A stretch of DNA of 64,000 bases from Camelus ferus (lineage: Eukaryota). A program made the translations under genes and the position numbers. The stretch lies in NCBI RefSeq assembly GCF_009834535.1, contig NC_045697.1, positions 81,718,001 to 81,782,000 of the forward strand. Direction: 5' to 3'. Positions within the stretch are counted from its first letter, which is position 1; each line of letters begins with the position of its first letter. Under the pieces are notes generated by a model. That model was not told the DNA's origin, did not search any database, and saw only the letters and a program-made list of their open reading frames with translations. Shown here piece by piece: positions 1 through 11,405 of this stretch.

Positions 1-401
1 TTAATCAGTGAATTAAATTTTATATAAAACAATACACTATGTAACTTGTACCCAATGCAATTATTCTTCTAAAGAAAATTCTAAATACAACAATACAAAA
101 ATAATTACAAACTATATTAAATAACATGATAACTATTTTACTCAAATTAGATATTCTTATTATTCTAAGAAGCATAGTGCTATTTTTACTTTTTAAAGAA
201 ATTACGGGGAAGAAAAGAGAAGATTGTAGCTTCTTCTTGAGAAAGATTCTTAAGGCACAGGGGATGAAAAATATTGTCCAATGCTGTTGCAATGTCTAGA
301 GTAAGGACAAAGCATACCTTTGGCTAGGGTCCCATTCATAATATCTAGCTAATCTTAATAAGGTACCTATTGTTTTTTAAAAATTGATTAAAGAAGATAG
401 A

Positions 402-570
402 AGGCAGAATAGTGTAACAATTTACAGCAAATAATTTAGCCACATAAGCAGGGTTAACATTCTTACCAGAGCTATGTAATGCCGAGTAAATTATGAAATC
501 TTTCTGTGCCTCAGTTTATCTATATAAATGGGATAATAATATCATTTATGAGAATTAATTACAAATGACT
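402..570 (+). mobile_element. MIR SINE fragment
   Basis: Core-like tctttctgtgcctcagtttatctatataaatgggataataat matches the MIR core as I recall it; boundaries approximate. Confidence 0.7.
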
Positions 571-1334
571 GATATTACTATTATAATGAAATGATGACTG
601 AATGCAATTTAAGGAAATGGAGAGGTCTGGTACTGCATATGTTTTCAGCATGTATATTAATAACTAGTTACCCATGATTCACTCTTGCATATGAGTTGAA
701 ATACTCATGGAACACAGAGATACATAAAGTAGATTACTGAATCAATGAATATTGATAAATAACTCTCCAGAAGGTTATCCACCAATTATGTATATGGACA
801 GAATCATGAGTTGAAAGAGTGATATCAAGAAGAAAGTCTGTAGATTTCTATTCATGCTTTCTGCATATGTAGTCTTTTTACCTCAGAGATCCTAAACTGG
901 CCAGGGCATTTTACACACATGCTATATTTCATCAATACGTATCTTTCCACATCTACTCAGGGACTAAAATCACCAATGACACAAAGCTTTACATTTTTTC
1001 CCTGATTTTATTTTCAAAGTACTTTAGGATATAGGATGAAAGTAAGTACTATCAATTTATGTATTTAAACATTTTATACCCTAAAAAGACAAGACCAGTG
1101 AAGAGGAAGAATAGTGTAACAAAACTTAAAGATGTTAGCAGTTTTTAAATTGGGCTTTGATTTCAAAGAACCCAGAGTGAACAGAGAACCATGTAGCACA
1201 AGATTAGCTCACACAGTCCCACCACCCCTCAGAGCTGGCACTAGTTGATGACTGGCTTCAGTCATTTTTTTAATAACTGTCATATCATTTTAATAAGTAA
1301 AAGTGGACTTAGATTGTTAGAAATTGATGGGAAC

Positions 1335-1637
1335 TGCTATGGTCTGAATGTGTTCCCTCTAAATCCGTATGTTGAAATCATTATGCCCAATATCATGATA
1401 CTAGTAGGTGGAGCCTTTGGGCGGCCCTCATGAATGGGACCCTATGCAGATCCCTATCCTCTTTGCCCTGTGAAAACGCAATGAGAAGTCGGCAACTCAG
1501 AAGAGTGCCCTTACTCGACCATACTGGTACACCTGTCTTAAGACTTTCAGCCTCTAGGACCGTGAAAAATAACCTTCTGATTTTTATGACCTAACCCAGT
1601 TTGTGGTATTTTGTTACAGCAGTATGAACAGACAGCA
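1335..1637 (+). mobile_element. MaLR solo LTR (MLT1A/MST-like)
   Basis: Starts tgctatggtctgaatgtgtt...gttgaaatc and ends ccagtttgtggtattttgttacagcag, typical MLT1A termini. Confidence 0.8.
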
Positions 1638-4600
1638 TGAAAGGAATTTTGCTTCTTCTCCTCGCTATGTCTCTAACAGTTTTCATGGTATAACAAAATA
1701 AAGTTTCCGATAGAAATCTACTGCCAATAAAATTAAATGTCAGGTAGCATGAAAGCAGACATATAACTGGTGAGGTCCCCACTTTATTTCTTCAGAGGCT
1801 TTCAGATAAAAAAATCCTTCATAAAGGTATCAATTTGAGAAGAAGATAGCAATGTTCTGATAGCAAAATGAGAGTAATCATAGTCCCGGCTTCCTAACTA
1901 TAATGAACGCAGTTAGCCTTTTTGATAAAAAAAAAAATTTTAATGTGACTTTTACTATTATAATATTAAAATTCATTGCTAATAATATCTTCCCATTCAC
2001 TTCATTTTTTAAAAAAGGAAGATTTTGTCATGATATAAAGGGGAGAAAAAAGAAAAACAATTTATAGCACAATCATGCCTAAATTCTCAGAGATGATTAT
2101 ACTGATAAACATAATAAAGCAGTCAGCTGCTTAGATCAACTTATAAGTGAAATAGTTTATTTTAAAAAGGCATTTTGTACAGGAAGTGCAAGAAAATTTT
2201 AAAGCAGAAGTATGGGTGGACATTAGAAAATAGCTGCTTGGGAAAAGTAATAAAATATCAGATTTATTTGTATGTAATAAGAAAAAGAAGAGTATAAGCT
2301 TAATTTAAGTCACAATAACATACTAAACAAATACCTGCGAAATCAAGTTGGAGAAGGAACATGAAGTACACTATTTGTGCAGATGACATGGATCTTATTT
2401 ATAAGTTCAGTGACAAAATAATTCTTGATGTTATGAAGTACACTGGTAAAATGATGAAGTAGCACAGAAAACCTATCCTCTGTTTTGAAACCCCACACTA
2501 CCCTGAGAAACACATGCAGCCTCTAGTAGTTAAAAAAGACCCTGGGGACCATATTGTTTGATAAGTGATAAGGAATGGAGAATGAGTGGATGAAAAGCTA
2601 TAGATCGTTTTTACGGAAGTGGTGGGTGAAAGGCTAAAAATAGTTTTTATGGAGAACTCTGGCGAGAGTATCAGAGAAAGATGGAGAAAAAGTAAACACC
2701 ACAAAAACGCACAGAAGAGTCAATACACAATTTTCAAAACATTAATATTTTATCATTATACCATAATGTTTAAATATGCAGAAATAACAAAAATGAGAAA
2801 TATTTTGAAAATTCATGAGACTGAACGATATTGTCACAATGCATATGTCTTTGCAAATTTAGTATTTCCTGTCCAAATAAATCTCAAAAATCTTCTTAGT
2901 CTTAAGTATAAAACATTTTGCAATTAGATTAAATTTGCTTTCATCTCAAAGTCACATTTTATTCCAGCTCCTTCTATAAAGAGTGTCAAAACATTCTATA
3001 CCATGGCTTTATACCAAAAAGTTACAGAAAACTTAAAATCAACTAATCATAATTTTAATAGCATCCAAGTAAGAACAACACAGTTCTAAATCAGTATGTG
3101 TAAGTATATCCCTTTATATATGCAGTAGAACTGGAAACTGGAAATTTCTTGAAAATTAATATTGTTTTTAAACAACATGTCTATGAAAAACCATAGACAT
3201 TTTCTTCATCTTAATATGACTGATTCCTCATTTTCCTTGAATATTCAGAAGACCTGGTTAAATTTTTTGCATGTATCTGAAAATGTTAAATTATTTTTAA
3301 CATTTCAATTTAAACTACCTTTGGATATTTAATTACTGTTGGTAGAATAAAATTATTATAACAAAACTTACTAGTGAATATAATATTTTTAAAATTATAC
3401 TTGAGTTAGCAATTTTATTCCTTTGTATAGGAAAACCTGTTAAAGTCTTCTGCACTAATTATGAAATTCTCAATCATTCAAAGGATTGTTCTTAAAGATA
3501 TCAGTATCATAGATAACATTCCTTGACTTGTGAAGTTTTTCAATGAGATTTGTGGATACTAAATGTTGTACATGAAGAGGGCAATGGAATGCCAAAACAC
3601 CTGATACTACTTTTTCTGTTTCTGATCAATTCAAATGGTGGTTCTTCTCTGCACAGAAATATTGCTGAAAAAATATTTTTTAAATGTTTCTGAAACATAT
3701 TCTAGTATTTCAAATATTAAAAATAATGTTTCCTCTTAGACTTTTTACTTCCTTATGGACATTACAAATTCTGGCAGTAAAGCTTCATTTTTCAAGCAAG
3801 ATGCTTTCATCAACTGGTAATGAAAATCTGCTTGACTAGAGCTTATTATATAGTTGACACATATTTGACACAAAACTGACACTCAGCTGACATTATTTGA
3901 CACTCATTTGAGAACTTTCACTCTCTTATACATTCTTCTCTAACACTGTCATTGCTTAATGGAATAAAATTAATTACTTCATTAGATTTTCTCTGATAAT
4001 TATCCTTCTTCAGCTGAAAAAGTTTTTTTCAATATTGTAAGATTTCTAGTTCTGTTTTTCATATCTTACATTATTCTGAAGAAAACTAATCCTCATCCTT
4101 CAGATGGTAGAAGGATCTTATGCCTTTTCCAACTTTTTAAGCATATTTCCTTGCAAAATATTTAATCTTTCCCTCTAATTAAAAAAAAGATAGAAATGCA
4201 GGCATGTTGGTAACTGTGTATTTGTTAATAAAATTATAAAGCCTATTGGAAGTATCAGTTGAAATATTGTTCATACATTTTTTTCTTAGTTGCATTTGTA
4301 AAATGAAGACTAATTTTTTCCTGTATATATTTTTTGAATCTCATAAATGCTGCAACTACAAATAAAAACTGATATAAGTGTTTTGTGTTGGCAATAAAAA
4401 TATATAGGCATCTCTGCCACTGTAGAAGTGATTATCCCTAATAGTGAGCACATTCTAGGATATAACAAAATTACAGCTTCCCTTGATTTATATGATACTT
4501 GCTTTCCTTTAAAAATCACTGTTTATTAAAATCTACAAAAAATTACATTGTTAATATATGACAGAATTGCTGCTAGGCACAGATAAATACAAAGAGTTTT

Positions 4601-4640
4601 CTCTTAGATTAATGTATGGCTGTACACTTAAAAGTTGTTT

Positions 4641-4766
4641 GGGTGGAGGGTATAGCTCAGTGGTAGAGTGCATGCTTAGCATGCACAAGGCCCTGGGTTC
4701 AATCCCCAGTACCTCCATTAAAAATAAATAAGTAAATAAAAGCCGAATCATCTCTCTCCCTCAAAA
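4641..4766 (+). mobile_element. tRNA-Ala(AGC)-derived camelid SINE (Vic-1 type)
   Basis: Head with A box tagctcagtggtagag and B box ggttcaatccc, then an (AAAT)n-like spacer and C-rich/A tail. Flanked by TAAAAGTTGTT at 4629-4639 and 4767-4777, an L1-endonuclease TT/AAAA target. Confidence 0.88.
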
Positions 4767-4959
4767 TAAAAGTTGTTCAGGAAATGAAAATATTATCTTT
4801 TTTAAGGAATATCTAAAGAAATTCAGCAACGTTTGATTCTGGTCAAGATAAGAGTAACATAGACTAGATTTAACTTTCTGAAGTAATTTTAAAAATGGTC
4901 AAAATATATTTTAAAATAGTATTCAGATATCTCACATCAAGTAGCCAGTGCTATGATTC

Positions 4960-7044
4960 CTGAGAGGGGAAATGAATGAGACAAACCCTATGAAAACGCC
5001 AGGAAAAGTTTTGTAGTTCCAGGGAGGGAGGGGAAACATGGTGATCTCTCTGAGTTGAAGAGATGGAGTTGAGAATCTTGGGAGGACAAGAATTTTAGAG
5101 TTTGCAAGTTGGAGTATTGAAGAACAGACTGCCATTGGGAGGGAAGGACAGAAGGAAGGAAATGAAAGAGAGAGAGAGGGAAAAAGGGTGTGTGTGGGTG
5201 TGGTGGGGAGAACGAAAGAGAGAGATCCAGGCATGGAAATCTGGAGTATTCAGCCACTAATAATCACTGCACTTATGCAACAAAACTGAGCCTGGGAAAT
5301 GAACCTCATGAAATAAGCAGAGGGAATGATTCCTGGGTCTCACAAAACCCAGAAATAGTTTCTGCTTCAACCAGCCATACGGAAAAACCTAATAATTCAA
5401 GACTATTCAGGACAGATTTTCCTTAGAAGTGGTGCAAAACTAGCCCTACATGAACAACTGCTTTGGTTCCATCCAACAAAACTTAAAAGCAAGACTCAGA
5501 TGGATCAACTTTTTTTCAATTACAACTTAAACCCTGCCCCAGAACAAAGTGAAATTTACAACGTGAATTGTGAATGGCATGCAATAAAAAGTTATTACAC
5601 ATGCAAAGAATCAGAAAAACACAAATTCATAGTTAATAAAATACCAATCATTAAAAACAAACTGAGAAATGACAAAGATAATAGAATGAGGAAATAAAGA
5701 CATAAATAGATTATTAATGTATTTCGTATGTTCAAAATGCCAAAGGAAGGATTGAGCATATACTAGACATATGTAAAAATATGTATATATGGCCTGAAAA
5801 TCTTCTAAAGATGAGAAATATAATATCACAGATGAAAAATTCACTGAGTGGGATTAACAGCAGAGTAGAAACTGTAGAAGAAAAAGATAGAAACTTTAAG
5901 ATATAGTAATAGGCATTTTCTGAAATCAAAAACAGAGACAAAACATAGTGAAATAAAAAATGAACACTTTTGTGAGTTGTGGGACAACTTTAAGCAGCCT
6001 AATATAAACAGAGCCCAGGAAAGGGGTGGTACAGGAAAATATTTTTAAAAATAACACTCACATATTTTCTGAAGTTAATGAAAAACAGAAATTCACAGAT
6101 TCAAGATACTTGACCATTCCCAAACATTAGACACATGAATAAAATTAGAAGGCAAATCTTAATCAGGTTCCTTAAAATCAATGATAAAGAGAATATTTAT
6201 AAAGCAGCAAATGGAAATAAACATATTACACGCAGGGGAACAAATTAGATTGGCATCATACTTTATGTTACAAGAAATGCAGGCCAAAATAGAGTGGAGC
6301 AGCATTTTAAAATTACTTAAAAACAAAATAGCTATTGACTTCAAATCATATTAATAAAAACAAAAAATCTCTTTCAAAAATAAAGGTGATATAAATGTTA
6401 GACATAAAAAAAAAAACCCTGAAAAATAGAAGAAAGGTCTCAAGCAGTTTTACCTCAGCTTCCTTTTTAAAAAAGTAGAAAAAGAAGAGCAAAATAAACA
6501 CAAGTAAGTGTAATTAAGGGAATAATAATTATCAGAAATAATCAATAAAATACAAAAGAGAAAATAGGAAAAAACAATGAACTAAAATCTTGTTCCTTGA
6601 GAAGACTACAAAAAATGATATACATTTAGCCAAAAAGAGCAGGAAAAAAAAGAGGTAAAAATTACTAATGTTAGATATGATATAGATAACCTCGCAATAA
6701 TCTCTGTAAATTTTGAATGAATAGTAAAAATCTATTATGAATGACCTATGACAATAAACAACAATTTAGGTAAAATGGATAAATTCTATGAAGGATACAA
6801 ATTACTAAAATCCAGGATGAAATGGTTTTACTGGAGAACTTTACCAACATTTAAATGAGAAATAATTCCAATCTTACAGAAACTTTTCCAGAAAATTGAA
6901 GAAGAAAAATTTCCCAACTCATTTTAGGGATCAACATCATCCTTGTTTCAAAATCAGATGAAGATAAATAAACTTTCCGTGCTAAATCATGACCTTCTCA
7001 TGAACATAACTGGAAAAATTCTAACAAAATTTCAGCAAATCAAG

Positions 7045-7081
<37 letters not shown>

Positions 7082-7130
7082 CACATGCATAAGTGGGGTT
7101 TATCCAAGAAATGTAAGTTTGGTTTAAACA
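4960..7130 (+). mobile_element. Old L1M remnant (5'UTR, ORF1, start of ORF2; internally deleted)
   Basis: Degenerate ORF1-like tracts (attcactgagtgggattaacagcagagtagaaactgtagaagaa; tgtgagttgtgggacaacttt) and ORF2-like tracts (gatgaaatggttttactggagaactttaccaacattt; aagtggggtttatccaagaaatg); many stops. Confidence 0.7.
7046..7077. repeat. (TG)16 microsatellite
   Basis: Perfect dinucleotide run. Confidence 0.97.
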
Positions 7131-7159
7131 CATGTAAACAGGAAGAACAGCAAGTTAAC

Positions 7160-7350
7160 ATAAAGATAGCTATCTACAAGTCAATGAGAGAACCCTGGGA
7201 CAGATTCTTCCCTCAAAACCTTCAGAGGGAACCAGTACTCCTGAGAACTTGAGTTTGGACACCCAGCCCTCGTAATCACATGAGACATAGCTTAAGATGA
7301 ATTTCTTTTGTTTCAACCACCTAGTTTGTGATACCCTAGCAAACTAATAT
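7160..7350 (+). mobile_element. MaLR LTR 3' part (MLT1B-like)
   Basis: gctatctacaagtcaatgagaga...acagattcttccctca...cctagtttgtg...ccctagcaaactaata. Confidence 0.75.
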
Positions 7351-7636
7351 ATTATGAACAATCTAATAACTATGACAATAAGCTGCCTTTATTATAGGAA
7401 TTTAATTTTGTATTTGTACAAATTACATACTTGTAATTCAGACATGTGAGCAATCCAATTTCTAATACCTGAAAATAAAAGAAATCAAATGTATCCTGAA
7501 ATAAAAAAAGTTAAAAATATGTCTTGATGATATTTTGATATATATATAAAGTGATTTAATTTCTTAGATAAGAGAATTTCAGTAGGAAAGGAGAATTAAA
7601 CCCTGTAATGATTTCAATAGTGATTACCACCTCAGT

Positions 7637-8037
7637 ATGAGGGACTGTCTTTCCATTCACACTGGCCAAGCTGGGATCCAGATTGGGGATATCCGTTGGG
7701 AATTCTATTGCCTAGAGCATGGAATCCAGCCAGATGGCATCATTCTTGATAGTAAAAAGGATCAGTTGGAAAATGCAAACATAGAGTATATGAAAGCATC
7801 TTTCAATAGCTTATTTTGTGAGATAAGATCTAGGAAGCAAGAGCCCAGAGCATGTTTCATGAACCTGGAACCAACTGTCATTAGATGGGATTCGTACAGG
7901 GAAGTACCATTCACTCTTCCACTCAGCGAAGTTCCTTTGTGGAAAGGAAGATGCTGCAAACAACTACATCCCAAGTCACTAACCTCTGAGGTTGGAGATC
8001 ATCAACCTTGTGCTTTGACAGAATCTGAAATCTGGCA
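7637..8037 (+). pseudogene. TUBAL3: Processed pseudogene fragment of tubulin alpha-like 3 (N-terminal ~133 codons)
   Basis: MRDCLSIHTGQAGIQIGDIRWEFYCLEHGIQPDGIILDSKKDQLENANIEYMKASF...NLEPTVI includes the extended DQLENA loop I recall as TUBAL3-specific. After a +1 shift at ~7883 it continues [13 protein letters not shown]...GKEDAANNY, with TAA at 7980-7982, a second +1 at ~8016, TGA at 8026-8028, and ends ...NLA. No introns after the ATG or near VI/D. Confidence 0.9.
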
Positions 8038-8157
8038 TGTGACTCCCTTCTCCTTAGACAAGGCCATGCCTGAGTGCCTGGGATCCTGCAGGATACCTCC
8101 CAAGCATTACCAGCATTGTCTACCACTAACATCATGGCCACTAAAGCTGTCACCAGA

Positions 8158-8440
8158 TTTGTTGAAATATAAATTACAAATAACACTGTGTAAACCTAGG
8201 GTGTACAAGGTAATGACTTGGTGTAGATATATATTGTGAAATGATTATCACAATAAAGTTAGTTATATATGTGTTAACACATCCACCATCTCACATAATT
8301 AACTTCTTTATGTGTGTGTATGGTGTGAACATTAAAGATTAACTCTCTTAGCAACTTTAAAGTATTGAAATATAGAATATTGTTAATTATAGTCACCATG
8401 CAGTAGATTAGAGCTCCAGAACTTATTTATCTAACTAAAA
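8158..8440 (-). mobile_element. L1 3' end (L1MA9/10-like), antisense
   Basis: ttgaaatataaattacaaataacactgtgtaa...atatattgtgaaatgattatcacaataaagttagt...ctcttagcaactt...tatagtcaccatg...ccagaactta is the reverse complement of an L1MA 3'UTR. Confidence 0.85.
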
Positions 8441-8614
8441 AATGCTTTTAAAGATTATTTTCTAAACTGTCCCAAGGATGGCTTCAGAGTTAGTACAGTT
8501 CTATATGCCCAGGAGATAAATTAATCAATTACATTCAATGGATGCTTTTGGGTTTTAAGGGCTTAAATCTCTTACAGAACCCCATTGAGAAGGGCTGATT
8601 TGAATATATCCTCT

Positions 8615-8675
8615 ATTTGGAGATGTCCTTGATTTTTTCTAGGTTATAAGCACTTTCTTGGCTCTGCCACTAAAG
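8615..8675 (+). repeat. 61-bp dispersed direct repeat, copy 1
   Basis: 56/61 identical to 9685-9745, ungapped. Confidence 0.95.
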
Positions 8676-9684
8676 TCTGATGATTTCATATTATGGATGA
8701 TTGACAAAAATACTAACTGTTCTTTTAGGTATTTTATTAAATTTATAAAAGAGTTACCTGCACTCTTAAGTCTCTGAATTATATTCTTTTATAATCATGG
8801 GACTACTGATAATTTAAATTATATATTTAATTCATTAGCAAATGCACATATTTTCTAACAAAAGGTAAAGATAGAAATTTCAACAATTCAAACGATCCTT
8901 TTATTCACAGAGGCACACCTTTGTATTTGCTCTATCTTAAAGGCATATATTTGGCCTCTGTGTATCCATTGTATAAATTGATCAGTTGAATTCCCTCCTA
9001 ATCCTGGCTTTTCCTAAGGAAATACGCATGCTTAATAAACAAAGAGTGTATCAAGGAAAAACCAAGTACATGGTTAGACTGTAATTTTTGTACTATAATG
9101 CTTTTACGCTGAGTTGAAATAGTTGTTATGGTCTGTCCTTGTGTTCCCATTAGCATATACTTGACATGCAGTAAAGAACAAAAAATTTAAAACCTCAGTC
9201 ACCTTGCTAATACTCTGAAAATGTGCAAGCACTTTTTTTTTTAACATAAGGGATGTGCATTCTGCTTTCCTGCAATGGCAATAATCCTTTGCATCTTTTT
9301 ATTTTTAATCTTATTCATACACTCAAGGTTATGGTCCATTGTGCCAGGTTTGTAAAGGGAATAATGATGGATATGAAGAAATTTATCCTGGCGTTCTGAT
9401 TAATACTGTTAAAGGCTGTCTAACAGAGCCATTTAATTATTTGAAAGTGTGTGTATGCACGTGTGTGCTGTGTCTATCAAAATTGCCAATATGTCTTCAC
9501 TAATCCTCCATGTCCCTTATTAAAAATAAACCATTTATCCACAGAGATGTAAACAATATTCCAATGTAATTTTCTAATGCTTGTGTAATTTATTTTAGCA
9601 CAGGAGAATAAACACTACTTTGCATAGAGTAATGCTGGCCTGATATACTTAGGATATTTGAATTATAATATTGACTTTACTATA

Positions 9685-9745
9685 ATTTGGGGATGTCCTT
9701 GATTCTTTCTAGGTTATAAGCATTTTCCTGGCTCTGCCGCTAAAG
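9685..9745 (+). repeat. 61-bp dispersed direct repeat, copy 2
   Basis: 56/61 identical to 8615-8675, ungapped. Confidence 0.95.
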
Positions 9746-10149
9746 CAGTTACTCTTGGGATCACAGTCTACACTTTGCCACAACAACAGGGATCACCTAG
9801 CAAGCTCTCCAAGGGTGTGGCATGGTCTCTGCTTGAGCAAACCAAGATCTATATCCTTGCTTTCTCCAAATAGATGCTTCCCAAATCCAAATCCCTTCTC
9901 CTCTCTACATGTAATACTATGTCCCAAGATGTAAAACAATTAAAAATAATTTTCTTAATAAAATATGTATGTGAAAGTTTTGTCTGACTAATTTTTAATT
10001 TGGAGAGCTTTTGTATTGATCCCTCAGTTAAAAAGAAGCAAGAAGAATACTACAATTGGTATAATGAGCGAAAATCTGATAGGAGAGGTTTGGAAAATGA
10101 ATAACTTCTGTTTATGACTGTGAATTAAACACATGGGAACTCATTTTTT

Positions 10150-10593
10150 GTTGTTACAAAAGTTGTATGTGCAAGATAGAATTACTTGTACTATTATGAC
10201 TGTTTCTTTGCTTTTTCATTTTTTCTCCTCAGTGACTTTTGCTCAGTAGAGGTTTTAATTTTCATAAGCAAATTTTATACATTTTTCCCTCTGTTTTAGT
10301 GTTTCCTCTATGAAATCTTTACCTCCCAAAAATATTCTTCTGTGCTTTCTTATAGAAGCTTTACAATTTTAGCTTTTCTATTTAAGTTTATAACTCAAAA
10401 TTTAAGTAGCAGTTGTTCATGTTGTGACACGGAATATCAAGAACCATTTCCCCTTTATGAATACTATCCGGTTGCGACAACACCATTTGCTAAATAAATG
10501 CTTTCATTTTCTCATATAATTGTCTTTTTCTTTTTTGTCAAAAATCTATTTACCATATATGTGTGGGTCTAGTTCTAAATTCTCTCTTCTGTT
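10150..10593 (-). mobile_element. Old L1 ORF2 3' region, antisense
   Basis: gaggttttaattttcataag...tatagaagctttacaattttagctttt...caacaccatttgctaaataa...atatgtgtgggtctagttctaaattctctcttctgtt. Confidence 0.75.
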
Positions 10594-10599
10594 AGAACA

Positions 10600-11030
10600 A
10601 AACAACTTGTACAATGGTTAATTTGTAATAATAAAAAGCTAAAAAAATTCAAATATATATTAGTAAGAAAGGGATATGTGGTATAATCATATAATGGTAT
10701 ACAACTCAACCAAAACAAAGAAATAAACTATTAATACATGTACAACATGGATGCATTGCAAAAGCACTGTGTTGACAAATAATCTAAACACCAAAGAAAG
10801 CAAAGAGAGTGATTTCATTTGTATAAAATCAAAGAGAGGTAAAATTAATCTGTAGTATTGAACAGAATAGTAGTTGCCAAAAAAGGGTTGAGGATTGAGT
10901 AACAGGGGCTTAATATCCCTATCTTGACTGGGGTATTGGTTACACAGGCATATATCTTTTCCTAAATTCACCAAATTTTACATGGAGTATCTCTGCATTT
11001 TTATATGTAAAATTCACCTTAAGTAACAGA
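10600..11030 (+). mobile_element. Old L1ME-like 3' end, sense
   Basis: tgtggtataatcatataatgg...acaacatggatgcattgcaaaagcactgtgttga...gatttcatttgtataaaatc...tatcttgactggggtattggttacac. Confidence 0.7.
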
Positions 11031-11360
11031 AAAAAAAATCTAGGGACCAGAAAGGGAGCAGGAAACCACAATGGTGACTATATGCTAAAACTGTGAATTA
11101 CTAAAAGTTCCTAGTCAAGGAACAAGCAATGGAGGAATCTGTTTCTGAGGTGGGACTTTATTCCTCATTTTTGGCAACATATCACACTGTCTCCTGTCAT
11201 GAATTAGGGATTTTGTTTTACTTGACATACATTTTTTTTTTATTGTTTTTGCATTTTCTGTAAAGAAGTATGGTGTAACATTATATTTTACCCAAATATA
11301 TTATCACGGGGGAGATTCCATATATGTACTTTTAGGAAATATTTACAGAGACATAAAATA

Positions 11361-11405
11361 GGGTCAGAGAACTTTTTCTGTAAAGGTTAAGAAACTCAAT
11401 ATTTT
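11361..11405 (+). mobile_element. hAT-Charlie MER58-like terminus
   Basis: gggtcagagaactttttctgtaaaggttaagaaactcaatattt resembles the MER58 5' end; short. Confidence 0.5.

Noticed and set aside
4645..4717. Apparent tRNA-Ala(AGC) gene
   Set aside because: The anticodon stem has two mismatches (catgc/gcaca) and the acceptor stem is imperfect. It is followed by a SINE body and tail with a TSD rather than a T-run terminator.
7637..8239. Functional alpha-tubulin gene
   Set aside because: Two frameshifts and two stops in the tubulin frame; no GGGTGSG motif and no C-terminal two-thirds.
8040..8500. Faint echoes of tubulin exon 4 (DKAMPE, IMATK..RFVE, CPKDGFRV)
   Set aside because: Spacing does not match tubulin and similarity is far below that of the 5' part; indistinguishable from chance without an alignment.
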